A stretch of 63,897 nt of DNA, counting the filler, from Dicyema japonicum (lineage: Eukaryota; Animalia; Dicyemida), in NCBI GenBank assembly GCA_011109175.1. It is 6 parts of 6 records of this genome, joined end to end, with 100 filler letters (N's around TTAATTAATTAA, not from the genome) between each part and the next. Parts side by side here need not be neighbours in the genome. Positions count along the whole stretch, not along the records: positions 20,676 to 45,551 come from RDEW01000028.1; 5 more parts are not named here. One strand, 5' to 3'. A program made the position numbers and the translations under genes. The notes below the pieces were generated by a model. The model made no database searches, was not told the origin of the DNA, and was given only the letters and a program-made list of their open reading frames with translations. Below are positions 24,240 to 36,289 of this stretch, one piece after another. Numbering within the stretch: the first letter of the stretch is position 1; every line of letters begins with the position of its first letter.

Positions 24240-24720
24240 TGCCTCGCCCGTAATAATAATGTCATCGGCATAAATTAAGCACACTCATTGAGATGGATAA
24301 AGGTTTTGGAAAGTCAGCCAAAATGGGCTGAGAACTGTGCCCTTCTTTGGAGAATTGCTTTCGAATTCAGGCCAAGATAGTTGACAAAAAAGATCCTCCC
24401 ACTCAAAAACTCGATATCCATCCAAGGGTTTCTGCATCAATGTCACAAATTTCTAAGATTTTCCAGCAAACAGACTGTCGAAAACCTTCAACACATCCAA
24501 ACAGATAATACTGGTTTGATAAATTAGAATTCCGTGCCTCAGATTACTATCGAATTCGGTCGATAGATGCAGTCAGCACAAGACCGGTCCGGACGAAAGT
24601 CCCACTGATGGTGAGAAAATGATCTTTGATGTAGAGCAATTAGGCTTATAGGTATATAGCTCGAGGCCTCTTCTTTAGGTTTCTTAGGTTTTCGAACCAT
24701 TCGAACTTCAGTTTTTTTAT
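24240..24720 (-). mobile_element. LINE reverse transcriptase fragment
   Basis: Traces of Y.PISL, FRPDRS, GTVLSP and LIYADDIII across frames. Confidence 0.65.
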
Positions 24721-24854
24721 GATTTTGGAACGTATCCTCTTTGCAGGTTGGAATTAAAAGCTTTAAAAATTACTATATAAAAGGAAGATTTTAATAATTT
24801 TAATCTTAGATAAAAACAATTATAAATGTATCTACCAGAGATTTAACTTAAGAA

Positions 24855-25118
24855 AACCCAAATTACTTTAATTGAGGAATCAAGTTTCTCTTTTGTCTAT
24901 AAGTTTTCTTTTATTGTAGTGCGGCTGGTGAAAACGGTAGGAAGCTTGTAGCATCCCGTCTGGAAGTCCATCCATATTTGAATATATGAAATCCGTATGT
25001 GACGGGATGTCCATGACGGCGTTACTCGTCAAACCCGAGCGGAGCTTCCAGCACAGGTAGGAATCGAACCCAGGACCAAGAGGTAAGCAACGGATTCTCA
25101 ACCAATCAGCTTCAAGAT
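24855..25118 (-). mobile_element. tRNA-derived SINE family B, diverged copy
   Basis: B box GGTTCGATTC, core gggtttgacgagtaacgccgtcat, and gccgcactacaataaaagaaaactt shared with 42412-42787. Confidence 0.75.
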
Positions 25119-25303
25119 ATAGCTGCCCGGTAATGAAAGTAAAATTCTTCGACTTTTTGGTTAATTTTGTATTTTTTGTTTAGATATTCCAGTGATCCCC
25201 TGCTTTTTTCAATATCATCATATTCTTGGACAGTTTTCACTAAACACCGAGGCATCAACACAACTTTATAGAATAAGGATGTAAATTATCACAAAAAATA
25301 GCA

Positions 25304-26254
25304 CAGTCAAACCCCGGTTAGTCGCTACCCCCCTTACTCGCCACCTCACTTAGTCGCCACTTTTTTACGAAAAATAAAATTTTATAAGAAAAATTCCGGA
25401 AAATTCCCTGCACTAGAATCGGAAATTTTATCTTGGCTCGAAAAAATAGAATTAGCTGGAGGATTTCTTGATGACAATGCAATTTTATTAAAGACAAAAA
25501 GGATTGCAAAATCACATGGAATAACTGATTTTATGGGAAGCAATGGATGGCTTTTCCAGATTCAATAAGAGCAACCATTTAAAATTAAGATTATTCATGG
25601 AGAATCTGGCTCAATAACTGAAAATCTAAATGAGCAAATTGAAAAATTTTCAAATAATTTTATCACGAAATTACAACAATATGATCTTGAAAATGTTTAC
25701 AATGGTGACGAAACTGGTGTTTTTATAAAAATGTTCTCTCAAAAAGCATTTGCTTGAAAACTCGACCTGGAAATAAAAAGCAATTGAATATTTTATTTTA
25801 GATCCAATGGAACAATCAGATTTTCTTGATTACACGTACACTGAAATAGACGAAGTGAAAGAATCCCTCAAAAACGATGATGACGTAAATGAGAAACAAA
25901 CACGTGATATTTTTTAAAAAGAAAACACCTGCGAATGAAATAAATAGTGAAGATGCGTTTAAAATGTTGCATAATATGAAAAAGTATTATTACTCAAAAC
26001 TATACTTTAAATTAACTCAATTCAAATGATCAATCAATTTATCGAAATACGATGTTTTACTAGAAGAAAAGCAACATTGAACGATTATTTTAGTCTAAAT
26101 TCGTAATTTGACTCTTTATTTTTCGAAATTTAGATTAATTATTTTTTAATTTTGTGCATATAAAATTTTTATTGATTATTCAGTTACTCGCCAAATTCAG
26201 TTAAACGCCATTTTTTGGCTTGGTCCCAAATTTGCGAGTAAATGGGCTTGACTG
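25304..26254 (+). mobile_element. Tigger/pogo-like deletion derivative with TIRs
   Basis: cagtcaaacccc ... gggcttgactg|ta ends, subterminal (t/a)(c/g)tcgcca repeats, and GSNGW and YNGDETG transposase traces. Confidence 0.8.
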
Positions 26255-26291
26255 TATTAAGAAAAAAAGAAAAACTGGTTAGTGTTAGTCT

Positions 26292-26780
26292 TCAGCGGTC
26301 GGCCTCACCAAACACGACATCTAACGTCCCTGAGAACAGTATACACTCATCAACCAATAATGGCTACTACATCAGCCAACATGTGATTCTAGGTCACATA
26401 ATCCAATGCAGCCAAATGAGCAAATCCTGGCGCCTTGATCTTACATTGATTGGAAATAGACGACCCATCCGACACCAAATAAACCCCAAACACCCCTACC
26501 GTCATCCACCCTACACTACTTTTGGATGCTCAATCGCCGTGTAAGTCTGCCCCGGAGGCACGGCAAATCCTTCCGTATAAAACTTGAAATGATGGATCAA
26601 CGACTCGATGGAGGTCACCATGTCCCCTCTTCTGGGCGGCACAATCTTCAAATCATCGACTCTAATATCCCCCGAAGGAATTTTATCAAGACACTGATTA
26701 ATTATACGAACACTCTGACTCATTTCCACCATCCTCACCAAATATCTAATTTTTCACTCAAAACTAAGGACCTGTCATAG
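26292..26780 (-). pseudogene. NDUFS2: Complex I 49-kDa subunit, 3' part, disrupted
   Basis: [11 protein letters not shown]...[15 protein letters not shown]...[15 protein letters not shown]...[11 protein letters not shown]...T*NHMLADVVAIIG/TLDVVFGEADR*. Introns at 26746-26771, 26496-26519 and 26330-26354; 1-nt loss after intron 2; in-frame TAG at 26389-26391. Confidence 0.92.
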
Positions 26781-26868
26781 GTGAAAAAAATAAGTTAAAT
26801 GGAATTAAAATCAAATGGAATTAAAATCAGAATCAAAAAATAAAATAAAAACAAGACAATCATATCAA

Positions 26869-27962
26869 TCAATTGATTAAAATTAAATTGAAAATTAAAA
26901 TTACTAGAATGACGCTATTCGACGATCCTGTTTCATATTTATCCCTATCACTCTTACACGTAAAAATCTTACGTTTTATTTGTTCTTGAAATTCTGTCTT
27001 TTCGATATTTATTGTTATATTTGTTATAGTTTCTTGTTTATATTTTGTCGAAAAGATTTTATCAGAACTTAAATCTCCACATATATATTCATTTGCTTTT
27101 ATATTTTTGGAATATTTTCTGGAAACGGTTTTATTCAATATCTAAATTTTATACATCTAATTTTTTTAATACATTTATGGAATGAGTTATTTCTCCTGTT
27201 AAATCTTTTATAAATTTAGTTTCTAAGTTGTATTGCTTTTTCTCATTTTCATCCTCACCTGACCTGATTCCATATCTAAGTAAAAAAGAATTTAATTATT
27301 ACTGATTATAAGATTGATTGTTCCAACATCTCTTTGATTGATTTGTCTCTACATGATCCATACATATTTTATCGGTTAGACGTGATAATAATTTGCATGA
27401 ACGAAATGCCTTTATTTTAAAGTCATTTAATGTTGAAGACGAGGTCGCTGAATGATCATTTTCGCTTTGCATCAAATCATTTAGAGGATTTTTATTTTTT
27501 AGAATATTTAAAAAATCCATATTTAATTCTTTTTTAATGTTTGAAATTAGATTATTTTCATTTTCAGATTCATCATCCAACATTTTACTTTTTGTACATA
27601 ACTAATTTATTTTAGTAAATTATTTTCTAATAATTTACAGTAATTTTCTGAGGTATTTCAGTGACAATATTTTGTTGCCATTTCACTATAAATTTAGAAA
27701 GATCTTTTAATGGTTTGGTCATTTCATCTACACCGTGTATCAACAAAAATTGTTCTACTGTTGCTGAGTATTCAAATAAACTATCAATAATTAAAATAGT
27801 TAGAATTATACCTTTTAATACAATAAACATAGTCTTGAAAATATCTTGAAATGGTTTGGTGACAAAAATTTCTACAAAGTTTAACTGAATTTGCTCCGAG
27901 ACATTTTCTACAATGCAGTAGTTTACTAATATGGATTGCTCTTTTTTCACTTTCAATTAATA
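26869..27962 (-). CDS. Glypican-like gene, 3' part (truncated by gap; may be disrupted)
   Basis: ISKLLHCRKCLGANSVKLCRNFC cysteine spacing, KIT/LC and RCWN motifs, hydrophobic GPI-signal-like C-terminus; introns at 27781-27811 and 27602-27638. I could not keep the frame across the junctions near 27300 and 27140. Confidence 0.6.
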
Positions 27963-28249
27963 NNNNNNNNNNNNNNNNNNNNNNNNNNNNNNNNNNNNNN
28001 NNNNNNNNNNNNNNNNNNNNNNNNNNNNNNNNNNNNNNNNNNNNNNNNNNNNNNNNNNNNNNNNNNNNNNNNNNNNNNNNNNNNNNNNNNNNNNNNNNNN
28101 NNNNNNNNNNNNNNNNNNNNNNNNNNNNNNNNNNNNNNNNNNNNNNNNNNNNNNNNNNNNNNNNNNNNNNNNNNNNNNNNNNNNNNNNNNNNNNNNNNNN
28201 NNNNNNNNNNNNNNNNNNNNNNNNNNNNNNNNNNNNNNNNNNNNNNNCT

Positions 28250-29700
28250 ACTCGTCGTCTGTGTGGGAGTATTCCATCACTTTCGTGTCCACAAATTAGT
28301 ACGGATTGCCTCCTGGATGTTCCCAATTTGCCATATAGGTCTCTTGTTGTGTTGCCACTGTCTTAGCATCCGTGGGATTATACCTCTGGATATTCATCAC
28401 TCATTACCTTGAAATTAGTTGGAAAATGACATATTCTGTCCCACTTTTATTAATCCAAGTCCTCTCTGCGATCACTTCGGCTACCCTGTTTTGCCTATTT
28501 ATAATCAAACTGGTATTGTGGTGTTCTGTTATTGTAGATTGGCATATTGAATGCTGCATATGTCACATTCCGGTGGCTTCCCTTATTCGTGGACTTACTT
28601 AATCACATCCAACTTGTCTTAAATTCCCTCAGAGTCTCCTTCATGGTTGTATGCTTTTCTCTTTTGTCTGTATTCGTCATATTCTTTATTCTCTGGACAC
28701 TTGTTTTTATATATCTGGGATCATCAGTCGACATTGTCCCACTTGCAAATGGAATTTTTTTGAACGACCTTCAGGGGACGTTGTATGGGGTTATTCACTT
28801 GATCTCATTTTTGTTATTGTCCTACACTTTTTTGAACATTGGACGACTTGTAATGAGTGACCTTGTCCTCAATTGGTACTACTTAATGTTGGGATATTCA
28901 CGTATGTATTATATTTAGAGATGCGGCAGATTGGCGAGCTAATGTTAGTTCTGTATCGGTAATATATTACGTAATCACGTTGGTTCGGCTGTAGCAGCCA
29001 GTCTCTACAGAGGGCTTCAACCTTTTTTTCCGTTTTTTGGTATTTGTGATTGGAAAGTAGTAATTTTTTGTTCACTTGTATAGGAAGAGGGTGCGTCCCG
29101 GACTGCGAGTTCTGGCCTATGCACGAGGGGACGTTTTTTTCTACATGAGTACTGTTGGTAGTGTATTCTCTAGTCTCACAAAATATTGGATTTTTCGATG
29201 CAGTACGACAAGTGAGCCACCCATTAACCATGATAGGCTAACTCGGTCGCTTCTTCTAGCAGGATTCAATTTGCAGACATTGCGAGTATCCTTCGCAGTC
29301 TGAATTACGTGATCGGTCTTTCCCTTCTTCCGTGATGCTTGTCATTGCCACCCCATTTTATAAAGTACGGTGTTTCCTCTACTAGTATTATTACTTTGAC
29401 TCGAACTACATATACACTCCGGTCTTTTTTGTCGTCATATTCTCTTATTTTATGTTCATGTCTTTCGCTTCGGCAGTTCAAGTGAGGTTGTTTGGTGATT
29501 GATAGGTCGTTGGTGATGTCCTTTTAGCCGCAGCAGTCCTCGATGCTCATTTCGGATCTGGTCTGTCTTACCATCGTCATGTTAAACTCGATCTTATGGT
29601 TTCTTTTTATAAAACAAACAAAGGAATGTCTGGCTAAACTCAGCGGATCCATAAAGTTGAGACAAACCGGTGATCCAGAATCTGGCCCTCGATTGCTCAG
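28250..29700 (-). mobile_element. Decayed Ty3/Gypsy pol (RNase H to integrase)
   Basis: YQKTEK (RNase H) near 29030 and KSGTEYVI...DAKTVA (integrase) near 28400; many stops. Confidence 0.55.
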
Positions 29701-30109
29701 TAACACGCCTGCATCTCTCACTTTCTGATTTTATGTGTTTTTGTTATTTTTTAAATATTTCCACTGTGTTTGGCAGTGCACTAAAAATTATTGAAACATT
29801 TTCGGATCACATTTAAATATTTTTACGGAGTATTTTCGTTCAAATAAGCACGTTTGCAAATTAACCGGAGCAAAAATAGATATTTTGTCTTTATTCGAGA
29901 ATCAAATGAGGAGATCCAGATACCTCCATTTTCTGCCGCTGAACCCAATCTAACTACAGTCCGATCTTGATTTGGAAAAGACCTCGGGACTGAAACACCT
30001 CCGTTTTTCGAACACTTTGCAGGATTTCTGCATAGAATAAATCAAAGAACGGAAAATTGAATCTCAATTTGATCTTCTTTATCAAATTTGTGCAAATAAA
30101 ATTTTACTT

Positions 30110-30488
30110 TTTCAGAAATGTGTCGAAAATCTCAGTGCTTTTCACAGGAAACACTCAGGTCATTTCTGGAACACTATCCAATGAAGATCAAGAACCAAGA
30201 CTTATACTCCGTTTCCAAAGCAGAACACTTAGAGACAATTATTACTAAGACCCGATGGGGACTCTCGGCCACATACTACGGATGGATTCCTCTGTTCCCG
30301 CATCATGGAAACATACTTTCAATGCTCTGGGCCTTTTCGAGGGAGGCCACGGACGACACTGGTCATAAATAATGACCTAAAGCAGACGATCTAGAGGGCC
30401 TCCGAAAAATCGCTATCTCAAGAAGAGCGTGGAGGTGTCTAACAGACAAAATCGTCCAGGGTGTGGCACAAGCGACGAGAAGATTGTG
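30110..30488 (+). mobile_element. 3' end of RTE-like LINE
   Basis: IKNQDLYSVSKAEHLETIITKTRW.. then GHILRMDSSVPA and FRGRPRTT across frameshifts. Confidence 0.75.
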
Positions 30489-30490
30489 AC

Positions 30491-31200
30491 TAGGGCAAGT
30501 TGTTTCTAGCACTTAAAAAAAATTTTAGCGCTAAAAAATCACAAAATCTAGCATTTATAATTACAAAAATTAGCACTTAAAATGATCAAATCTAGCATTT
30601 AAAATTGTAAAATTTATAACTTAAAATAATAAAAATAACATTTAAATTTTATTTATTGTAATATAATAAGAAGTAATGCTTGATATTGTCTGAATGGGAA
30701 GTTCCTATCTTTTTAAAAAAATATTTTTCAGCATTTTTAATAGCTCTTTCACGGATGCAGAAGATGCCTGACAGCGTGAAAGTAAAAAATAATCTTGTTG
30801 GCTAATTTTCGATTCAGTCCTTTTTAATAATAGATGAATGATGATTATTTATTTACAAGGAAAACCGAAAAAGAGAGAGAGCTTAATGAGACTGAGCATG
30901 CCTCTTCTGCGTTGTCCCTCTTTTTTGTGGTTAATTTCAGAACCGAGAGGCAAATGCTCTCTCAAGAACACTTTCCAATCTTTTCGTCCATCTCCTGAGG
31001 GATGGGTTGGTCCAGCTGGAGCCCATTTGCCAATTTGATGGCATTATCGTCTCGTCTTTTCGAGCTTAGCGATAATGCCATTCCTTTCGGCAGTGGGGTA
31101 TCATCCCTCGAACCCGTAGGTAAGCACTGGTTCGCCGCACGTTTTATAAACAAATAAAAACGTTTCCGGACTAAGGTGGAAGTGAATTATGCTCCTGAGA
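30491..31200 (-). mobile_element. CGGBP1-like/hAT-related transposon 3' end with subterminal repeats
   Basis: Terminus tagggcaa with a tagca(c/t)tt(a) repeat array at 30500-30620; minus strand has ASSASV...DRNF.SDNIKHYFLLYYN traces. Confidence 0.55.
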
Positions 31201-32289
31201 ATTTGAGCGCATTTCCTCCTCCTCGAATCGATGTATCTGAAGTAAGAACTCTTGGCTCCAACTTCAACCCCAAGGTATTTTAGATTCTCAGTTACTGTAA
31301 ACCCATGGATTTAATAATAGATTTAAATCCATTTTCCTCCATTCTTTATTCATATAATTTTTAATATTTGCCTTGTCATCATAAAAATGTAGTCCTGCTA
31401 TGTCCTAATATGCCCGATTGATTGAATATATCGCAACATTTCCGAAACTTTAAGAAGATTATTATTTGTGAATAATTGGATATATCTCAGTTAATTTCAA
31501 CTTAATATCGGGATTATATACATGTGTTTAGCATTTGATACTAAAACTCCGTCTGCCTGAAATGCGTTAACAATTTCACAAATTATTTAAGAATTCGTGA
31601 AATAATATTTCGCTGCTTTGAACCAACTTCTCCATCTGCATAAATTAAGAAAAAGAATACCTAGTAATTACCACATCAGGTGGGTATGCCAACATCATTG
31701 AACAAATTACGATGTTTTCGATTTTTTACTGTGCAGCTTTAATACTTGCATTAAGTTGTTTGAACTGAATCACATGAATGACCTACAATTGTATTAAATT
31801 TATATGCATATTGTTCTGATGTTTAAAGAAGAACGATGAGAATCGACTGAAATTTTTTTTGAACAGTTGACTTTGGATAAACAAAGAGTAGAACAGTGAT
31901 AAAAGACTGCTTCGATTATATCAGTTTAAATGTCGATCGTGCTTCCAGAAAACTCATAACGAGAAAGATTTTCGATTTGAATTTACAGCCAAACATCATG
32001 CTATAAAATTTCTTAACTGGTCGTCTTGGAAGAGTCCGCTAGAAAGAGCCACGTCAAAATCAAGACTGCTCCCGAATGGGTTCCTCAAGACTCCCTTCTG
32101 TTCTGTTTAAACTTATTTCTACTCGACTTACCAACTTTCCGGAAATAAAACACAATGTTTACGCGGACGACCTGTGATCGCTGCAGGGGATTAATCTTCC
32201 TTCGTGGCCGTGACAGTGGTTCAGTCCCACATACTACCTGCGTGTGACTGGCTATCAGGGTAATTTGTTGTGTCTGCATTCATCAAAGT

Positions 32290-32880
32290 TTTAATTCACT
32301 TTATTTATTGCAGACAATAGATTTATTTAAAGAGGACCCACACCCAAGAGAACAGTGGATCGCTAAGAGGACATGCGGGGAGAATAGAAGAACATTGGAG
32401 GCCACGATACCTAATTTTAGATGCATACTCTCAGAGTCTTCTATATAACTGTATTCTATCTATGAAGCTTTGTTGATGGTGTATGTAAAATTTTGTGACA
32501 ATACCATTCCAGTTAGCACTAAAGGTACTAGTTACCTCTGGATAATTGCTAGTTCACTAGCAAGGTCGTCTTCTCTACTTCCACTTGTTTCAATAATTGC
32601 TGAGAAGTGATCCAACCTTGATCAGCATGATGTTCTCTCACAGTACAAATATATCCGGCTTATTTTACTGGACTTTGGTTTCCGAATTTATTACTGTATC
32701 TACACGTATTCAACATTCTCATTGGCCATCACCGATTGAACAGAATGGTCTTGAGCATCTTTGATTTCTTTATTACATATTGCCGGATGCAGATGGATAC
32801 ATCTCACCATTTTATGAGGTCTCAGATAATTTCGACCACACCTTGTTTGCTAACAATCTTCTTTTCGGAGTTTAACATAA
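32290..32880 (-). mobile_element. RLE retroelement 3' part (R4/NeSL-like group), decayed
   Basis: HSVQSVMANENVEIRV...NKPDIFV...WNGIVTKFY traces matching 53165-53700. Confidence 0.7.
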
Positions 32881-33129
32881 TCTTATAATAAAAAAATTAT
32901 AGGAATAAAATGTTTAATGTCCAAATAAAATTGAGAATCTAAACCACTGAAATGCAATATAAAGCGTCATTATTTGAATTGCTTAATATTAAAGATCGTC
33001 TTGAGCAGGATTCTCACGGCGGCCGCTTAAAATAAAAAAAAATATAATGGAGATTTGCTCATGGGATACAACCGTACGATGGTTGAGTCGGCAGCATGTC
33101 TAAAAAGGTTGTATAAATTTTAAATAATC

Positions 33130-33954
33130 GCATTAGATTTTATGACCTTCTCCGGAGATTCTAAAAAAATTTTGCAGCATTTTAAACGCATCTTCATGAT
33201 TTATTTCCATCGCAGGTGTTTTCCCTTCAAAAATACCACGTGTTAGATTTATTTCCATCGCAGGTGTTTTCCCTTCAAAAATACTACGTGTTTGTTTTTT
33301 ATTTACGTCATCATCTTTTTCGAAGGATTCTCCACTTCGTCTATTTCAGTGTACGTGTAATCAAAAAAATCTGATGTTCCATTGGATCCAAATATTCAAT
33401 TGCTTATTGTCTCCTCATATCTTCTTCAATCGTATAGTCAGAAGATTAATTTGCTCTTTACGTGGAATCCACTTAGCATGCCTGAAACAATTTTTGATAG
33501 TTTTTCGGTGACTTCATTCCAACCCAAATAGGTAAATAAAATTTTTCGCAAGATAAACGACTTTTCCCCAAAATTAGATTAAAGAGGCTATTTGGCTTTT
33601 ATTTAATTTTTAGATCGTTTAGGCAATCTTCTGAAATTTTTTTCTTCAAAAGAGTAGAGAAAATTAAGACAATTCGATTTAAGCTCAGAGTTATTTTCAT
33701 CAATGAAATTTTAAAATTCCTTAGCTTTCTCAAAAGATAACCGAAGTACCCCTCCGCATGGTTAATAAATGTGGAAATTTATTTTATTATTCAAATTAAA
33801 CCATTTTATTTAAATTAAAAATTGAAAATAGTGGCGAGTAACTGAAATTGGCGAGTAACTGAATTCTTCTTATAAAAATTTTATTTTTCATTAAAAATGG
33901 CGACTAACTGAAGGTGGCGAGTAAGTGGAGGGTGGCGACTAACGGGGTTGACTG
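33130..33954 (-). mobile_element. Second Tigger/pogo-like copy (same family as 25304-26254, different deletion)
   Basis: End ggggttgactg|ta with ggcgagtaactg repeats; 33290-33410 matches the reverse complement of 25780-25900. Confidence 0.8.
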
Positions 33955-34449
33955 TAGTGTGATTGGTCTGAAGCTATNGTTTATTTAATGAACAACTTTC
34001 TGAAGATCTAACAACGATAATATCACAATATTCCCCTTTATTACATTTGCTGGATTATTTAGAATCGACTAATTTTACTATAAATAAAGCATAAAATTAA
34101 AGAAGACGTATGTGGAATAAAAAATTATATTAACAAAAAGATGAATTCTAATGATATCACAAAAATAATGAATTTCGATGATCATTTCACCTTCGGATTA
34201 TTCGTTGTTGATTGAATGCCAGGCTTCATCGTACGCAGTGGAACGATCATTTTCGATTCTAAACAAAATCTTATCCAGGATAGGAATTTTAAATCGGAAA
34301 ATGTAAAAATATTACTTGATTGTTAATAACTCGATAAACGATGATAAAATTACTTAATTTTCTAGTCATTTTTTAAAATTTACAGTCAATTAAATTGACT
34401 TTTTAAGGGCAATTTTTATTTTTTTAAGTCAATAAAAATGTTGCCCTAC

Positions 34450-34740
34450 TTATTATGGAAGATTTTGAATTTGTTACTGGTCAGAGAGGCGCAAAATATT
34501 GATTTACCAAAATCACTTGTACAGCACAAACGGTAATAAAAACAAATCAGGCTGTTGGAGGTGTAGAAAAAGAACATGCCGGGCAAAATGTGTAGTTGAT
34601 ACCGTAAATAAAATTTCAGTGTCACATGATCACAACCACGCACACATGACCGATGACGAGATTGATGCACTAAAAGTGCATTCAAAGTTTAGAGAAATGG
34701 CTAAGATATCCGAGGATAAAAACCATGAATGTAGTAACTA
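34450..34740 (+). mobile_element. FLYWCH zinc-finger N-terminus of a MULE-like transposase
   Basis: FVTGQRGAK / LIYQNHLY...WRCRKRTCRAK...HDHNH; frameshift after RGAK; truncated. Confidence 0.7.
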
Positions 34741-34793
34741 GGAATCTTGTAAATCTTGTAACTAGGAATCTTGTAAATCTTGTAACTAGGAAT
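34734..34793. repeat. 24-nt tandem repeat, about 2.5 copies
   Basis: gtaactaggaatcttgtaaatctt repeated. Confidence 0.9.
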
Positions 34794-34804
34794 TTTTTTT
34801 TAAA

Positions 34805-35060
34805 CCAACATCTTTCGACGTCCTCAACTAAATGGTGACGCCGGTACCCTGGTTTGTCGTTCTTTTAAGGTTGGAACCCACGTTGGAATAGATCGATATG
34901 TTAGAAGCACCAAATGTACTCGTTCTTTTTTTAATCGACTTCTTTCGACGTACTCAACTCAACGGTGTCGCCGGTACCCCGGTTTGTCGTTCTTTTTAAG
35001 GTTGAAACCCACGTGGGAGGAGATCGACTGGTTAGCACTAAATGTGCTCGTTCTTTTTTG
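34805..35060. repeat. Two diverged ~130-bp tandem units
   Basis: Both units contain tctttcgacgt.ctcaact...gccggtacc..ggtttgtcgttctttt(t)aaggttg.aacccacgt...aaatgt.ctcgttctttttt. Confidence 0.85.
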
Positions 35061-35699
35061 TCATTACTAATGACCGACAATCCCTGAAATCCCAGAAAGT
35101 ATGTGGAACAACAATAGCGGAACAACATTTGAAATTGATTGCTTTTTAAGATAATTGATAGTTGATTTCATTTAAAACTGAATAAAACGTATTTAATGAT
35201 ATATATTTTTGTTTTTTTGCCCGTACAATTCTGGCGAGCTGTCGCCATATTGGATTTGTCAAGTTCGACGACAACTCGCCTCCAGGCGAGAATGTCTCCT
35301 AGCGGATTCAATTGAAAATACAATAAGAATTACAAATGAAAAATGCAATTTTAAAGAAAATAGGAGTAAACTGAATAAATAAAGATTACAAAGAAAATAA
35401 TAGTTTTTCAGAAATTTCCAAATAAGTAAGAAAACAGATTAAAGGATAAATTCGAAAAAATATCACAAAAATGATGAAATTTCAGATAATTTAATCATTA
35501 AAAGAAACTACATCTCGAAATATTCCTTCTGAATCCAATTAAATAAAAGAATAAAATGCAACTAAATTATTGAAAGAGTACCACATAGTGAATCAACTGC
35601 TCACACGTGGCATAATTTATTAGGTTTTCCATTAAAAATTAAGATAATTAAACAATAATTAATGAAAAATAAACATTATTTTAATTACAACACCATTCT

Positions 35700-36200
35700 A
35701 AATGTTAATAGTTTTTACCCTTGTTAGATATCAGTATTTCTACCTGGATCGATCTGAAGAAGGCGTTATATTGGGTCGATCAGGCCTTTTTGGGAGGTGA
35801 TCCTAATCTCTATAAGCGTGATTGTGTTTCTCATTTTGTCGAGTACAAAGATGTCCGGCTATTTATTCTCGACTTTTGTATCCGTATTTATTGTGATCGG
35901 TTGAGAATGAGATACGGTCAAATACGGGGATTCTCTTGGCAGTATCTCCGCTTCCCTCCCTATTTTCTGGATCTTCCAACTCTTTATCAGTGTCCCATTA
36001 TTGTTAATCGTTATCGTTATTTGCTCAAATCCGTGTTTATATTCTACAAGCATGCTCTCTAAAGTCTTCTTCAGCGCAATCGTTTGGATGTATGATGGTA
36101 GTAATTCCAATTCACTCGCAAGAATGTCGTATTTATGAAGTTTTTCAACTTCGACAAGCCTTGAGATTGTCCATTGATGTTACTCAATTTCATTTAACCA
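35700..36200 (-). mobile_element. RLE retroelement 3' fragment with internal deletion
   Basis: VEVEKLHKYDILASEL joined directly to PSYIQTIALKKTLES. Confidence 0.75.
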
Positions 36201-36289
36201 AATTTGGTTCATTTTCTTATCGTAAAGGAAAATGTCATGCTTGTTATATTAGACTTTGGACTCCGTTGGAATGGTCGTATCAACTCGGA

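Noticed and set aside
35721-36062. 113-aa plus-strand ORF as a novel gene (similarly 28547-28918, 47124-47456, 62128-62601)
   Set aside because: These are antisense shadows of recognisable retroelement coding sequence.
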